A stretch of DNA of 64,000 bases from Nitrospinota bacterium (lineage in GTDB: Bacteria; Nitrospinota_A; UBA7883; JACRGQ01), in assembly GCA_016200345.1 (NCBI GenBank), contig JACQEX010000074.1:671-64670 (forward strand), written 5' to 3'. The notes under the pieces were generated by a model. The model ran no database searches and was not told where the DNA came from. It worked only from the letters and a program-made list of their open reading frames with translations. Positions 40,139 through 48,821 of the stretch are shown in pieces; the first letter of the stretch is position 1; each line of letters opens with the position of its first letter. The translations under genes and the position numbers were made by a program.

Positions 40139-40891
40139 TTACGCGCCCCCTTTAAGGTAGATTACCGAGGGATCCAAGCCGTGCTCCTCGAGCAGGCGAT
40201 GGCGGCGTTTGCTCTTGGAAAGCTCCGCCACCTTGCTTTCGGGGTCGTCCAGATAGCCAAAGGTTATCGCCTTTGTCGGGCACGACTGGGCGCAGGCCGA
40301 AACAACCTCGCCGTCTTTGACCCCCCTCCCCTCGTCCTTGGCCTTGTCTTTGCCGCGTCGAATTCTTTGCATACAGAAGGTGCATTTTTCCATGACTCCG
40401 ACTTCACGAATTGAAACGTCGGGGTTTAACTGTTGCTCAAGCGGAGCCTCCCACTTGGAATTGAACCAGTTGAATTTTCTAACTCCGTACGGACAGTTGT
40501 TGGCGCAGAACCTAACGCCCATGCATCGGTTGTAGACCATGGCGTTCAACCCGTCCGGATTGTGGTAGGTGGCAAAAACCGGGCAGACCGGTTCGCACGG
40601 CGCCTTGCCGCACTGCTGGCACGGCATGGGCAAAAACACCACCCTAAGCTCGGGCCACTCCCCCTCGAAATACCGCTCGACCCTAAGCCACGACATGGTC
40701 CGTTTTTCGCGGGCCATTTTTTCGCCAACGACCGCTATGTTGTTCTCGGCCTGACAGGCGATGGTGCACGCGCCGCACCCGTTGCATTTGTCCAGGTCAA
40801 TGACCATGGCCCACTTATGATATTCGGTGTTAGAGTTGAAAGACTTCACCTTCGTAATCTCCTTTGGGGTTGCCTTCCCTAATAATTTCAA
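40139..40891 (-). CDS. actB: alternative complex III FeS subunit (ActB2; four-cluster ferredoxin)
   Basis: Multiple CxxCxxCxxxCP motifs (CNGCGACTIACQAEN…). Start ambiguous (40891 or the ATG at about 40810, MVIDLDKC…). Confidence 0.8.
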   Translation of the reverse strand: MKLLGKATPKEITKVKSFNSNTEYHKWAMVIDLDKCNGCGACTIACQAENNIAVVGEKMAREKRTMSWLRVERYFEGEWPELRVVFLPMPCQQCGKAPCEPVCPVFATYHNPDGLNAMVYNRCMGVRFCANNCPYGVRKFNWFNSKWEAPLEQQLNPDVSIREVGVMEKCTFCMQRIRRGKDKAKDEGRGVKDGEVVSACAQSCPTKAITFGYLDDPESKVAELSKSKRRHRLLEEHGLDPSVIYLKGGA

Positions 40892-42974
40892 TGTTTTTAC
40901 CGGTTTTTGTGATTTTCACCTTTAAGCCGCGCAGGGGGACGTCCGCCCCGATTATGGACATGACGTTTCCGCCCCTTTTCGTCGCGTGTTTTCCAAACGC
41001 CTCGTGGCCAAACCCAAGTGGAACAGCCAGCGTCTGCGGCCCTATTCCGGGGTAGACGCTGGCAGGGGCATCTATGGAACCCCATTGCGATTCCACCTTC
41101 AGGATATCGCCGTCCTTAATACCCAGTTTGGCGGCCGTTTTTGGGTTTATCTCCACCCAAGAGCCCCATTTGATGCTTGTCATCGGCTCCGGCATTTCCA
41201 GCAACCACGAGATGTTGGAGGTTTTGCCGCAACCCAGATTGGCCGTTGCATACGGATGAAGGAAAAATTCAAAGCCCGGCCCGCCGGCGAAAACCGGCTT
41301 GTCAATTTTTGGGGCCTCGTTTTTAACGACCGCGTTTTTGGCGGAACCGGAGGCCGAGGGAATCGCAAAGCCCCTTTGCAAAATAAACTCCCAGGCCTTT
41401 TTCCCGTCCAAGGTTGCCGGAACCCCTTCGAAGCCGCGTTTGGAGTCGTCAACTATTTTTAAGACATACGCCTCCTGCGTAGGCGCGTCCGTCGCCAACC
41501 CGGCTACGGTGCAGGCCTTTAGAATTGCGTCGCCGCTCTGCATGGTCTTATAAAGCGGCTGGATGACCGGCTGTTGAGCGTTGAAATACGGCGTTCCGTC
41601 GGGCGAAACGCCGACCTGCGCCGACCAAGCCTCCAGAAAATGGTTTTCCGGCAGAACCAAATCGGCGTACTGCGTGGTGTCGTTTAGGAAACATCCGAAA
41701 TACGCCACGAAACCCGTTTTCTCCAGCGCCTTTTTGCAGTTAAGGCCGGCCGGTAGCCCGTGCACCGGATCCGAATCAATTATCATAGCCAAATTCATCT
41801 TACCGTTCCCCGCCGACGCCAGGGTCTCTTTCATCGGGGCGAATTTGGTCGGGAAGCCCGCGGCGTCCCTAATTTTTTGTTGCGCCGGAATTTTGTCCGC
41901 CGACGCGTTCCAAAAGCCGGTTTTCTCCGCGCACGTCGCCCTTAGAATCATGTTTAGGAACTCGACCGCCGCCAGCGACTGCGCGCCGTTTGAATGGGCG
42001 GACACGTCCTCTCCGGCTATTACTGCCGACGGCTGTTGGTCGAAGAGGTTTTTTGCAATTTTGGAGATTTTATCGTCCGGGACGCCGGTTGCTTTTGAAA
42101 CGTCCTCAAGACCGGCGAGCGATTTCTCCCAATCCGCTATTGTCTGGCCTTTCACTAAGTCTATTTTTTTCTCTTTCAAAATGGCGACGTATTTTTTTGC
42201 GATTCCAAGCGCAAGGAGGCCAAGCGTCCCCTGCTCCGCCGCTATGAACATGTCGGCGGACGCCGCGGTAAGCGACATCCTAGGCCCGGCGTACATCATC
42301 ATGCCCCTTCGCAAATTGTCGCCGCGCCGCATCCTGCCAAATCGGTCGCCGTAATGCACCGGGGAGCCGCCGCTTTCAAAAATGTCGGCCCCGAGCAACA
42401 ACACGCACCCGGCTTTTGCCATGTCCGCATACTGCCCCTCGCCCACGCCAACCGAGGCATCGTGGAACAAGACGGCGTCCGAACCGATTTTTTGAAGCGC
42501 CTTGGAGGCGATGGCGGAAACTACGTCCGACGGATTCGAGACCATCAGGAACGCCTTTTTATCCGCCCCCTTTATTTTGGCGCCGAGCAGGGCCAAAGCC
42601 TCGTCCCAAGAAATTTCCTTAAAGGTGTTGGCTCCCTTGGCGCCTGTTCGCACAAGCGGTTTTTTTATTCTTTCGGGATGGTAAACCTGGTGGACAGCCG
42701 CCTGTCCGCGGGCGCAAACGCCGCCGAAGTTCACGGGGTGCGACGGATTACCCTCGATTTTTTTGGCCCTACCCATGACGGTGCGGACCATCACGCCGCA
42801 ACCGGCGTTGCAAACCTTGCATGTGGTGTAATACCACGTTCCGTCAACAGGGTTAATCCCCTCGTCCGCAGGCGCGACGTAGGGGATGATCGTCTGAACC
42901 ATCTGGCCGCACGCGCCAGTCGCGCCGGCGGCGGCGGCGACTCCGCCAATTTTAAGAAACGAACGCCTGTCCAT
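40830..42974 (-). CDS. actB: alternative complex III molybdopterin-oxidoreductase-like subunit (ActB1) with Tat signal
   Basis: Twin-arginine motif MDRRSFLKIGGVAAAAGA. 714 aa MopB-superfamily fold. Confidence 0.8.
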   Translation of the reverse strand: MDRRSFLKIGGVAAAAGATGACGQMVQTIIPYVAPADEGINPVDGTWYYTTCKVCNAGCGVMVRTVMGRAKKIEGNPSHPVNFGGVCARGQAAVHQVYHPERIKKPLVRTGAKGANTFKEISWDEALALLGAKIKGADKKAFLMVSNPSDVVSAIASKALQKIGSDAVLFHDASVGVGEGQYADMAKAGCVLLLGADIFESGGSPVHYGDRFGRMRRGDNLRRGMMMYAGPRMSLTAASADMFIAAEQGTLGLLALGIAKKYVAILKEKKIDLVKGQTIADWEKSLAGLEDVSKATGVPDDKISKIAKNLFDQQPSAVIAGEDVSAHSNGAQSLAAVEFLNMILRATCAEKTGFWNASADKIPAQQKIRDAAGFPTKFAPMKETLASAGNGKMNLAMIIDSDPVHGLPAGLNCKKALEKTGFVAYFGCFLNDTTQYADLVLPENHFLEAWSAQVGVSPDGTPYFNAQQPVIQPLYKTMQSGDAILKACTVAGLATDAPTQEAYVLKIVDDSKRGFEGVPATLDGKKAWEFILQRGFAIPSASGSAKNAVVKNEAPKIDKPVFAGGPGFEFFLHPYATANLGCGKTSNISWLLEMPEPMTSIKWGSWVEINPKTAAKLGIKDGDILKVESQWGSIDAPASVYPGIGPQTLAVPLGFGHEAFGKHATKRGGNVMSIIGADVPLRGLKVKITKTGKNIEIIREGNPKGDYEGEVFQL

Positions 42975-42988
42975 TTAAATTCCTCTTC

Positions 42989-43549
42989 TCATGTGTGGCA
43001 CGTCCAGCAGTCGGTGGAGACCTTCCGCTCTTGGTGGCAATCCAGGCAAAATCCCATTCTGAAAATCTGGTTTTGCGCGTTAATTTCCATAGTCTCCACG
43101 GCCCCGTGGCATTTTTTGCACTCAATTTCCTTGGCGATGTGCCGTTTGTGGTTGAACCAGACGTGGTCGGGCAGGTTGTAAACCCTAATCCAGTTGCCCA
43201 TGTTTTGGGCGTCGTACGCCTTTTGAATCTCCTTGATGGAGGGTTTGTCTATGGTCAGGTTTTGGTGGCAGTTCATGCATTTTGAGAACGGCGGGACCCC
43301 GGCGAACTCCGCCTTCCGCGCGTAAATGTGGCAATACTGACAGTTAATGCCGAGGTCGCCCGCATGAAGTTTGTGGGAGTAGGTGAACGGTTGTTTCGGC
43401 GCGAATTTGCCGGGGGTAAAAATCGGGGCGTGATAGAAATATCCGCCGAATATTATTAGCCCCACAACGGCCGCGACGCCGATTGTCGCAAACGCCTTCG
43501 CGACGCCGGAGCGCGGCGTTAGTCGTGAACCCACACTTTCGTTTTCCAA
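42989..43549 (-). CDS. actA: alternative complex III pentaheme cytochrome c subunit ActA
   Basis: Five CxxCH motifs (CQYCH, CMNCH, CKKCH, CLDCH, CWTCH), an N-terminal TM anchor, and a TTG start with GAGGT RBS. Confidence 0.8.
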   Translation of the reverse strand: MENESVGSRLTPRSGVAKAFATIGVAAVVGLIIFGGYFYHAPIFTPGKFAPKQPFTYSHKLHAGDLGINCQYCHIYARKAEFAGVPPFSKCMNCHQNLTIDKPSIKEIQKAYDAQNMGNWIRVYNLPDHVWFNHKRHIAKEIECKKCHGAVETMEINAQNQIFRMGFCLDCHQERKVSTDCWTCHT

Positions 43550-43584
43550 GCCTTACCTCGATTTGCAAATTTTATTTGAGGGCA

Positions 43585-43615
43585 TTATACCTTTTTCGGA
43601 ACAATTTGCATCCAA
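43585..43615 (-). promoter_or_regulatory. candidate sigma-70 promoter of the act operon
   Basis: Minus-strand -10 TATAAT (43585-43590) preceded by gg; weak -35 TTGGAT at 19-nt spacing; about 30 nt upstream of the actA start. Confidence 0.3.
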
Positions 43616-43699
43616 TAAGATTATGTTAATTTGTCGTTTCTTTGGGTTGTTTTAAGGGGGGCGGGCAGTGGGCTCGGTAGGTACGGGCTTTAGTACTTT

Positions 43700-43764
43700 G
43701 CCGCGCAAGCGGCGTCGGCCTTTCCAAGCCGACGTACACACTAAAGTGTGTACCCACCGGAAAT
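43700..43764 (+). ncRNA. candidate structured RNA element (family 2, copy 2)
   Basis: gccgc-GCAA-gcggc; gtcggc-ctttccaa-gccgac; gtacacac-taaa-gtgtgtac; ccaccggaaat. Same order and spacing as 8899-8972. Confidence 0.4.
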
Positions 43765-43967
43765 TGTAATGCGGAATGAGAGGAAAATAATTTGGAAAAT
43801 ATTTTACCGGACACACCTTTTGGCATTGAATTTAGCCTTTCCAGGCCGACGTACACACTAAAGTGTGTACCCACCGGAAATTGTAATGCGGAATGAGAGG
43901 AAAATAATTTGGAAAATATTTTACCGGACACACCTTTTGGCATTGAATTTAGCCTTTCCAGGCCGAC
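43719..43967. repeat. 117-bp tandem direct repeat, about 2.1 copies
   Basis: The unit cctttcca(a/g)gccgacgtacacactaaagtgtgtacccaccggaaattgtaatgcgg…gcattgaatttag repeats at 43719, 43836 and 43953 (partial). It generates the spurious ORF 43626..43973(-) with repeated peptide. Confidence 0.85.
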
Positions 43968-44138
43968 TCTCACAACAAAGACGTTGCAGTTTATTTTTCG
44001 GCAAGCGTTTGTAATATACCGGCCCTAAGCGGGCCGCACGAAATAATCGCCGACACAAAGTCAGACGGCCTTGTAGCCGCCGTCATCACGGGCCATCCTA
44101 ATGGCGCGAATATTGACCTTGTCATCGCCGACGACCAG

Positions 44139-45521
44139 ATGGACTCCGCAAACAATGAGCTTCGCTGGTCGCGCATTCTTTTGGAGCGCGGATTGGAACC
44201 CAACGTGCCGTTCGTCCTATTTTCCGGCAGATTTGACGAAAAGCTAAAAATTGAGGGGGTTTTCCCGGAAAGCGTCATCCTACTGGAACCACCCTTCACC
44301 ATCGAGAATTTGACAAAAACAATGGCGTTTAAAATTACAGCGGCCATCGCGCGGGAAGAGGCGGGCCGTTCCGCCGCAATAGAGTGGCTTGTGCACGCCA
44401 ACACGACCACCGACATTTCCACGGCGATTGACGACCTATACATGAGTTCGGCGCGCCGCCTTAACAAATATCGCCAATACGCCCCTTGGTTTTCGTCGCC
44501 TCATATCGCGCTGGGAAAAGTGTACGCCGGGTGCAACAGGCACAAGGAGGCCGTTCCGCATCTAAAAACGGCCCTGTCGCTGGACTTTAACAGGCAGGAC
44601 GCGCATCGCCTGCTCGCGCTGTGCTACAGGCGGACCGGACAGGCGTTTGACGAGCTGTCGGAGCTAAGGAAAATGCTGGAGGCTGACCCCGCCTCGTCCG
44701 ATTTGTTGTTGCGAATCGGGGAGGCGGATCTGCGCGAGGACAATTATGAGTCGGCTATGGCGCATTTCAAAAAGGCCATAGAGAATTTCAAGCCGTCGGA
44801 AAAACCGCGCAGGAAGGCCAAGGCCCACGTCGGACTCGGAAGGGCGTTTTTTATAAAGGGGGAGCAAACGGACGTCGCGTCGAACTTTGGAACGGCGAAG
44901 ACAGAATTCCAATCAGCCGTGGACGCCGACCCCACGCTTATCGCGGCGTACAACAATCTCATTTTGACGTACCGCAAACTGGGAATGTTCGCCGAGGCAA
45001 AAAAGGCGGTTGAGCGGGCGATAACCGTCACGCCCACGGAGGCAGAGGACTGGGCCGAGCTTTTCGAGATATACCTCGCCGACGGCGACGCTGGAAAGGC
45101 CCGGTACGCCCTGCAGAAGGCGGTAAAGTTGGATCCGGAAAACCAGCGCATACTTTGCTCGGCCGGGGCGGCCTACATCAGGCAGGGAATGTTCCGGGAG
45201 GCCGTCGTCCAATTTGAAACCGCGCTCGGTGCAAACCCGTCGGACATCCACATCTACAACAACCTGGGGATATGCCACCGCAGACTTCTGGAACTCGACA
45301 CGGCGATAAAGTATTATCTTACCGCCCTAAAAATCGAGCCGGACGACAAGAACATCCATTTCAACCTCGGCAAGGCCTACCTCCAAAACAACGAAAGGGA
45401 AAAGGCCTTCCGCAGTTTTAACAAGTCGCTCGCCATAGACCCGGCCTTTATGGAGGCTCGTAAAGTTCTCAAGGGAATCAAGAATTACGACGCCGCCGAC
45501 CAACGGGGCGCGGCGCGGTAA
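44139..45521 (+). CDS. TPR-repeat protein, paralog of 10731..12170
   Basis: …YAPWFSSPHIALGKVYAGCNRHKEAVPHLKTALSLD… aligns with …YAPWNYLPYLSLSRIYAGCNRYSEVIPYAKTTVTLN… of the first copy. TPR repeats throughout. Confidence 0.7.
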   Translation: MDSANNELRWSRILLERGLEPNVPFVLFSGRFDEKLKIEGVFPESVILLEPPFTIENLTKTMAFKITAAIAREEAGRSAAIEWLVHANTTTDISTAIDDLYMSSARRLNKYRQYAPWFSSPHIALGKVYAGCNRHKEAVPHLKTALSLDFNRQDAHRLLALCYRRTGQAFDELSELRKMLEADPASSDLLLRIGEADLREDNYESAMAHFKKAIENFKPSEKPRRKAKAHVGLGRAFFIKGEQTDVASNFGTAKTEFQSAVDADPTLIAAYNNLILTYRKLGMFAEAKKAVERAITVTPTEAEDWAELFEIYLADGDAGKARYALQKAVKLDPENQRILCSAGAAYIRQGMFREAVVQFETALGANPSDIHIYNNLGICHRRLLELDTAIKYYLTALKIEPDDKNIHFNLGKAYLQNNEREKAFRSFNKSLAIDPAFMEARKVLKGIKNYDAADQRGAAR

Positions 45522-45545
45522 GCTTACACACATGGAGGCCAGAGC

Positions 45546-47537
45546 ATGACGGACGCGTTTATCCTTGCCATCGCCATCCTGCCGCTTTTATACTTTTTCA
45601 TGTACCGTCGCTTTTCGGAAAGCGTAAAAGGTCTGAAAAAGCTCTCCGCCGCCCTCGAACAACGGGTGCTGGAAAGAACCGCCCAACTTGAATTCTCCGA
45701 GGCGGTACACCGTTTGGTCCTAGCCTCGTCCTCGGACGCCATCTTGCGGACAAGCGCGGACGGCGAAATCCTAATGGCCAATCCCGCCGCGTATTGGATG
45801 TTCGGCTACACCAAGGCCGAGCTTGAGAGAGGGAACATATCCCTGTTTCTTCCGGGAGGCTTTGAAAAGGTGCTTGTGGACGGGTACGCGAGAACCCTCG
45901 ACGGGTGGAACGGACACCACTCGGCGCCGTTTGTCCAGGCGGAGGCGGTGACGAAATCCGGCAAAAAGCTCGTGGTGGAATGCTCCGCCTCCGAGTGCCT
46001 CGTGAATTCGGAAGTATCGTTTGTAATAGTGATGCGCGACGCGACGGAGCGGAAAAAGGCGGAGGAGGAAAAGAACATCTCCGAAGAGCGCCTTCTCACA
46101 CTCATCCACGCCATGACGGACGTCGTCTACTTCAAGGACGGCGAAGGGAGATGGTTGGTGGTGAACGAGTCTGGGCTCAAATTGTTCGGCCTTGAAAACA
46201 TCAACTATCGCGGAAAGCGCGATTCGGAACTCCTCCCTCCAACCGACTTCCACTACCCGGCGCTCTGTTACTGCGAACAGACCGACAAAAAAGCGTGGGA
46301 GGCGGACGGCCCCACCCGCGTTATGGAAAAGATTCCACGGCCTGACGGCTCCCTGCGGCAGTTCGACGTCATCAAGGTGCCTCTTTACCACGAAAACGGC
46401 GAGAGGCGCGGGCTGGTTATCTTCGGGCGGGACGTGACCGACCGGGTGAAGTGGGAGGAGGAGTTGAAATCGGCAAAGGAGGCGGCCGAGTCTGCGACCA
46501 GGCTGAAGGACAAATTTATATCACTGGTGGCGCACGACCTTAAATCCCCGCTGGGAACGATGATTGGTTTTATCGGGCTTGCAGGAGGCGAGACCGGGAC
46601 GCAACCAAACGACGCCACAAAAAGATTGTTGGACATGGCGATGGAATCCGGAACGCGGATGGTCGGTCTCATAGACGAGCTGTTGAAGATAAGCAGGTTT
46701 CAAACGGGCCAGTTGAAACTGGAACGGCGGTTTTTCGACGCAAAATCTTTGGGAGACAAAATGATGGCCGATTATTCCAACTTTGCCCGACAAAAGGGGG
46801 TAGGGATGGAGAACGCGATACCAGAAAACAGCCGTGTTTACGGGGACATTGTTCTTTTGACGGAGGCGATTCAAAATCTCGTCACCAACGCCATAAAATT
46901 TTGCAAAAGCGGCGACCGCATAACCATCTTCTCACCGGAAAAAGGCTCGACCACCATCTGCGTTAAAGACAGCGGCCCCGGCATGAAGCCGGAGGTGCTG
47001 GACAAGGTTTTCAAATTCGAGGAAAAGACGTCGACGCCCGGAACCGACGGCGAGGTCGGCACCGGTTTCGGACTTCCGCTGGTCAAAAACATCATGGAGT
47101 TTCACGGGGGGACCATTCACGCGAGTTGCGAACCGGGCGAGGGATGTGTTTTCAGCATGGAACTTCCCAACGTCCGCCCCGTAATCCTTCTCGTTGATGA
47201 CGACAGGAACTTTAGGCTTCTTCAAATACAGCAACTGAAAGACGTGGACGCAAACGTAATGGAGGCGGAAAACGGAGTGGCGGCGCTTGACATGATTTCT
47301 ACCCGCCGTCCGCATTTGGTCATCGCCGACGTCAAAATGCCCATCATGGACGGGCTTGAACTTTTAAAACGATTGAAAGGCGGGGCCGACACAAAAGATA
47401 TCCCCGTAATTATAATCAGCGGCGAATACGACATGGAGAGCCGGGATAAGGTCTTCAAAATGGGCGCGGATGATTTCGTGACCAAGAATATGGATCCTGT
47501 TGACTTCATCCCCAGAGTGAGAAGGTTCGTCGGATAA
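45546..47537 (+). CDS. hybrid sensor histidine kinase/response regulator (2xPAS-HisKA-HATPase-REC), paralog of 8997..10724
   Basis: H-box [13 protein letters not shown]; receiver VILLVDDD…IADVKMP…IIISGE; identical C-terminal …PRVRRFVG. Confidence 0.85.
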   Translation: MTDAFILAIAILPLLYFFMYRRFSESVKGLKKLSAALEQRVLERTAQLEFSEAVHRLVLASSSDAILRTSADGEILMANPAAYWMFGYTKAELERGNISLFLPGGFEKVLVDGYARTLDGWNGHHSAPFVQAEAVTKSGKKLVVECSASECLVNSEVSFVIVMRDATERKKAEEEKNISEERLLTLIHAMTDVVYFKDGEGRWLVVNESGLKLFGLENINYRGKRDSELLPPTDFHYPALCYCEQTDKKAWEADGPTRVMEKIPRPDGSLRQFDVIKVPLYHENGERRGLVIFGRDVTDRVKWEEELKSAKEAAESATRLKDKFISLVAHDLKSPLGTMIGFIGLAGGETGTQPNDATKRLLDMAMESGTRMVGLIDELLKISRFQTGQLKLERRFFDAKSLGDKMMADYSNFARQKGVGMENAIPENSRVYGDIVLLTEAIQNLVTNAIKFCKSGDRITIFSPEKGSTTICVKDSGPGMKPEVLDKVFKFEEKTSTPGTDGEVGTGFGLPLVKNIMEFHGGTIHASCEPGEGCVFSMELPNVRPVILLVDDDRNFRLLQIQQLKDVDANVMEAENGVAALDMISTRRPHLVIADVKMPIMDGLELLKRLKGGADTKDIPVIIISGEYDMESRDKVFKMGADDFVTKNMDPVDFIPRVRRFVG

Positions 47538-47550
47538 GGGTGAATATGGG

Positions 47551-48081
47551 TCAGTAGTCGAGCCCTTTTTGGGCGGGAATGCCCCTTGCCATCGGGTGTT
47601 TTATCGGCTCCATACTTGTGACCATGTCGGCAAGTTCCACAAGCTCTTTCGGCGCGTCGCGCCCGGTTAAAATTAAGTGCGTCTCGGGCGGCCTGCTTTT
47701 CACAAGCGCGACGACGTCCTCCAGCGACAAAAGCTTGTCCCTTATGGCGTATAAAATCTCGTCCAACACCACCAGCTGATATTTTCCCGAGGCGAGGTCA
47801 GCCTTCGCGGACTTCAGCCCCTCGGCCACCGCATTTAAATGCTCCTCTTTCGTATGGTCCTTTAACCAGGTGAAACCCAGCCCGAATTGGATGATTTCAA
47901 CCTCAGGGGAGAGCTTTTGTAAAAACTTATATTCGCCGGTCTCTTTATTCGCCTTTATGAACTGGATGATTTTGCATTTAAACCCGTGGCCGAGGGCGCG
48001 AAAAACCACGCCGAGCGCCGACGAGGTCTTCCCCTTTCCGTTTCCGGTGAAAATTACCGTGAGTCCTTGGATTTTTTCCAT
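47551..48081 (-). CDS. cobO: cob(I)yrinic acid a,c-diamide adenosyltransferase
   Basis: P-loop FTGNGKGKTSSALG, ~176 aa, CobA/CobO/BtuR family. Confidence 0.8.
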   Translation of the reverse strand: MEKIQGLTVIFTGNGKGKTSSALGVVFRALGHGFKCKIIQFIKANKETGEYKFLQKLSPEVEIIQFGLGFTWLKDHTKEEHLNAVAEGLKSAKADLASGKYQLVVLDEILYAIRDKLLSLEDVVALVKSRPPETHLILTGRDAPKELVELADMVTSMEPIKHPMARGIPAQKGLDY

Positions 48082-48702
48082 TCATTCCCTGTTAAGAAAA
48101 ATAACCACCGTCAATTTTGAGGCGTTAAGCGTCCTTAGCTCCCCCGCGCTGACGAGCGTAATTTTTTCATCGGGCAGGGAAAGATTTTGGCACACGTAAA
48201 TATCCGGGTTCCCCATCTTAACCGCGAGGTCTGCCCCCCACTCCAACGCAAAAGGCGTTTCCGAAAGCAGGGCCACCTTTTTTTCCTTCGCCGTCTCGAC
48301 GATATCATCCACCGGGGCTCGTTTGTGGCTCTTTATGATTTTTGCGTCCTGCCATTCCACGCCGATTCGCGCGAAGGCAAGTTGCACGGAGCTTATACCG
48401 GGAATAATGCGGCATTTCTCCAGCCCGATGCGTTTGGTTATGGACGAGGACATGGATGACACGCCGGGGTCTCCGCTGACCAAAACGGCGATTATTCGCG
48501 CCGACTCCATTCGGGACTGGATTTCCGCGACGCACTTTTTCGCCCGGTGCACCTCCACGCGCTCGGCCTTGCTTTCGGGGAACATCGCAAGGTAAGTCTG
48601 CGAGCCAAGCAGTACGTCCGCAGACAACGCCGCTTTTCTAGCCATGGGCGTAAGGTATTCCTGCGCCCCCGGCCCGCACCCGATTATCAATATCTCAGCC
48701 AT
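48082..48702 (-). CDS. cbiE: precorrin-6Y C5,15-methyltransferase (CbiE-type tetrapyrrole methylase)
   Basis: IIGCGPG…GDPG… tetrapyrrole-methylase signature, ~200 aa, adjacent to cobO. Confidence 0.7.
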   Translation of the reverse strand: MAEILIIGCGPGAQEYLTPMARKAALSADVLLGSQTYLAMFPESKAERVEVHRAKKCVAEIQSRMESARIIAVLVSGDPGVSSMSSSITKRIGLEKCRIIPGISSVQLAFARIGVEWQDAKIIKSHKRAPVDDIVETAKEKKVALLSETPFALEWGADLAVKMGNPDIYVCQNLSLPDEKITLVSAGELRTLNASKLTVVIFLNRE

Positions 48703-48821
48703 TCTATTCTCCTAAAAACTTTTCAAACCACGAAAAACACTAAAAATCACGAAAAGGGGGCGGTTGGGGTTTGGCAAAAAAGAAAACAAGCCCTTTCGTG
48801 TTCTTTCGCGCTTTTCGTGGT

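Noticed and set aside
43719-43967. Possible CRISPR array
   Set aside because: Repeat unit is 117 bp, with no unique spacers between units and no cas genes. It is a simple tandem duplication.
43626-43973. 115-aa ORF on the minus strand with an internally repeated peptide (…FSVYVGLERLNSMPKGVSGKIFSKLF… twice)
   Set aside because: Produced entirely by the 117-bp tandem DNA repeat. No start context and no homology. Treated as an artefact.
48703-48821. Cobalamin riboswitch expected upstream of cbiE-cobO (minus strand)
   Set aside because: No B12-box-like motif (…GCCACTG…) found on either strand. Only loose inverted repeats around cacgaaaa/ttttcgtg. Not called.
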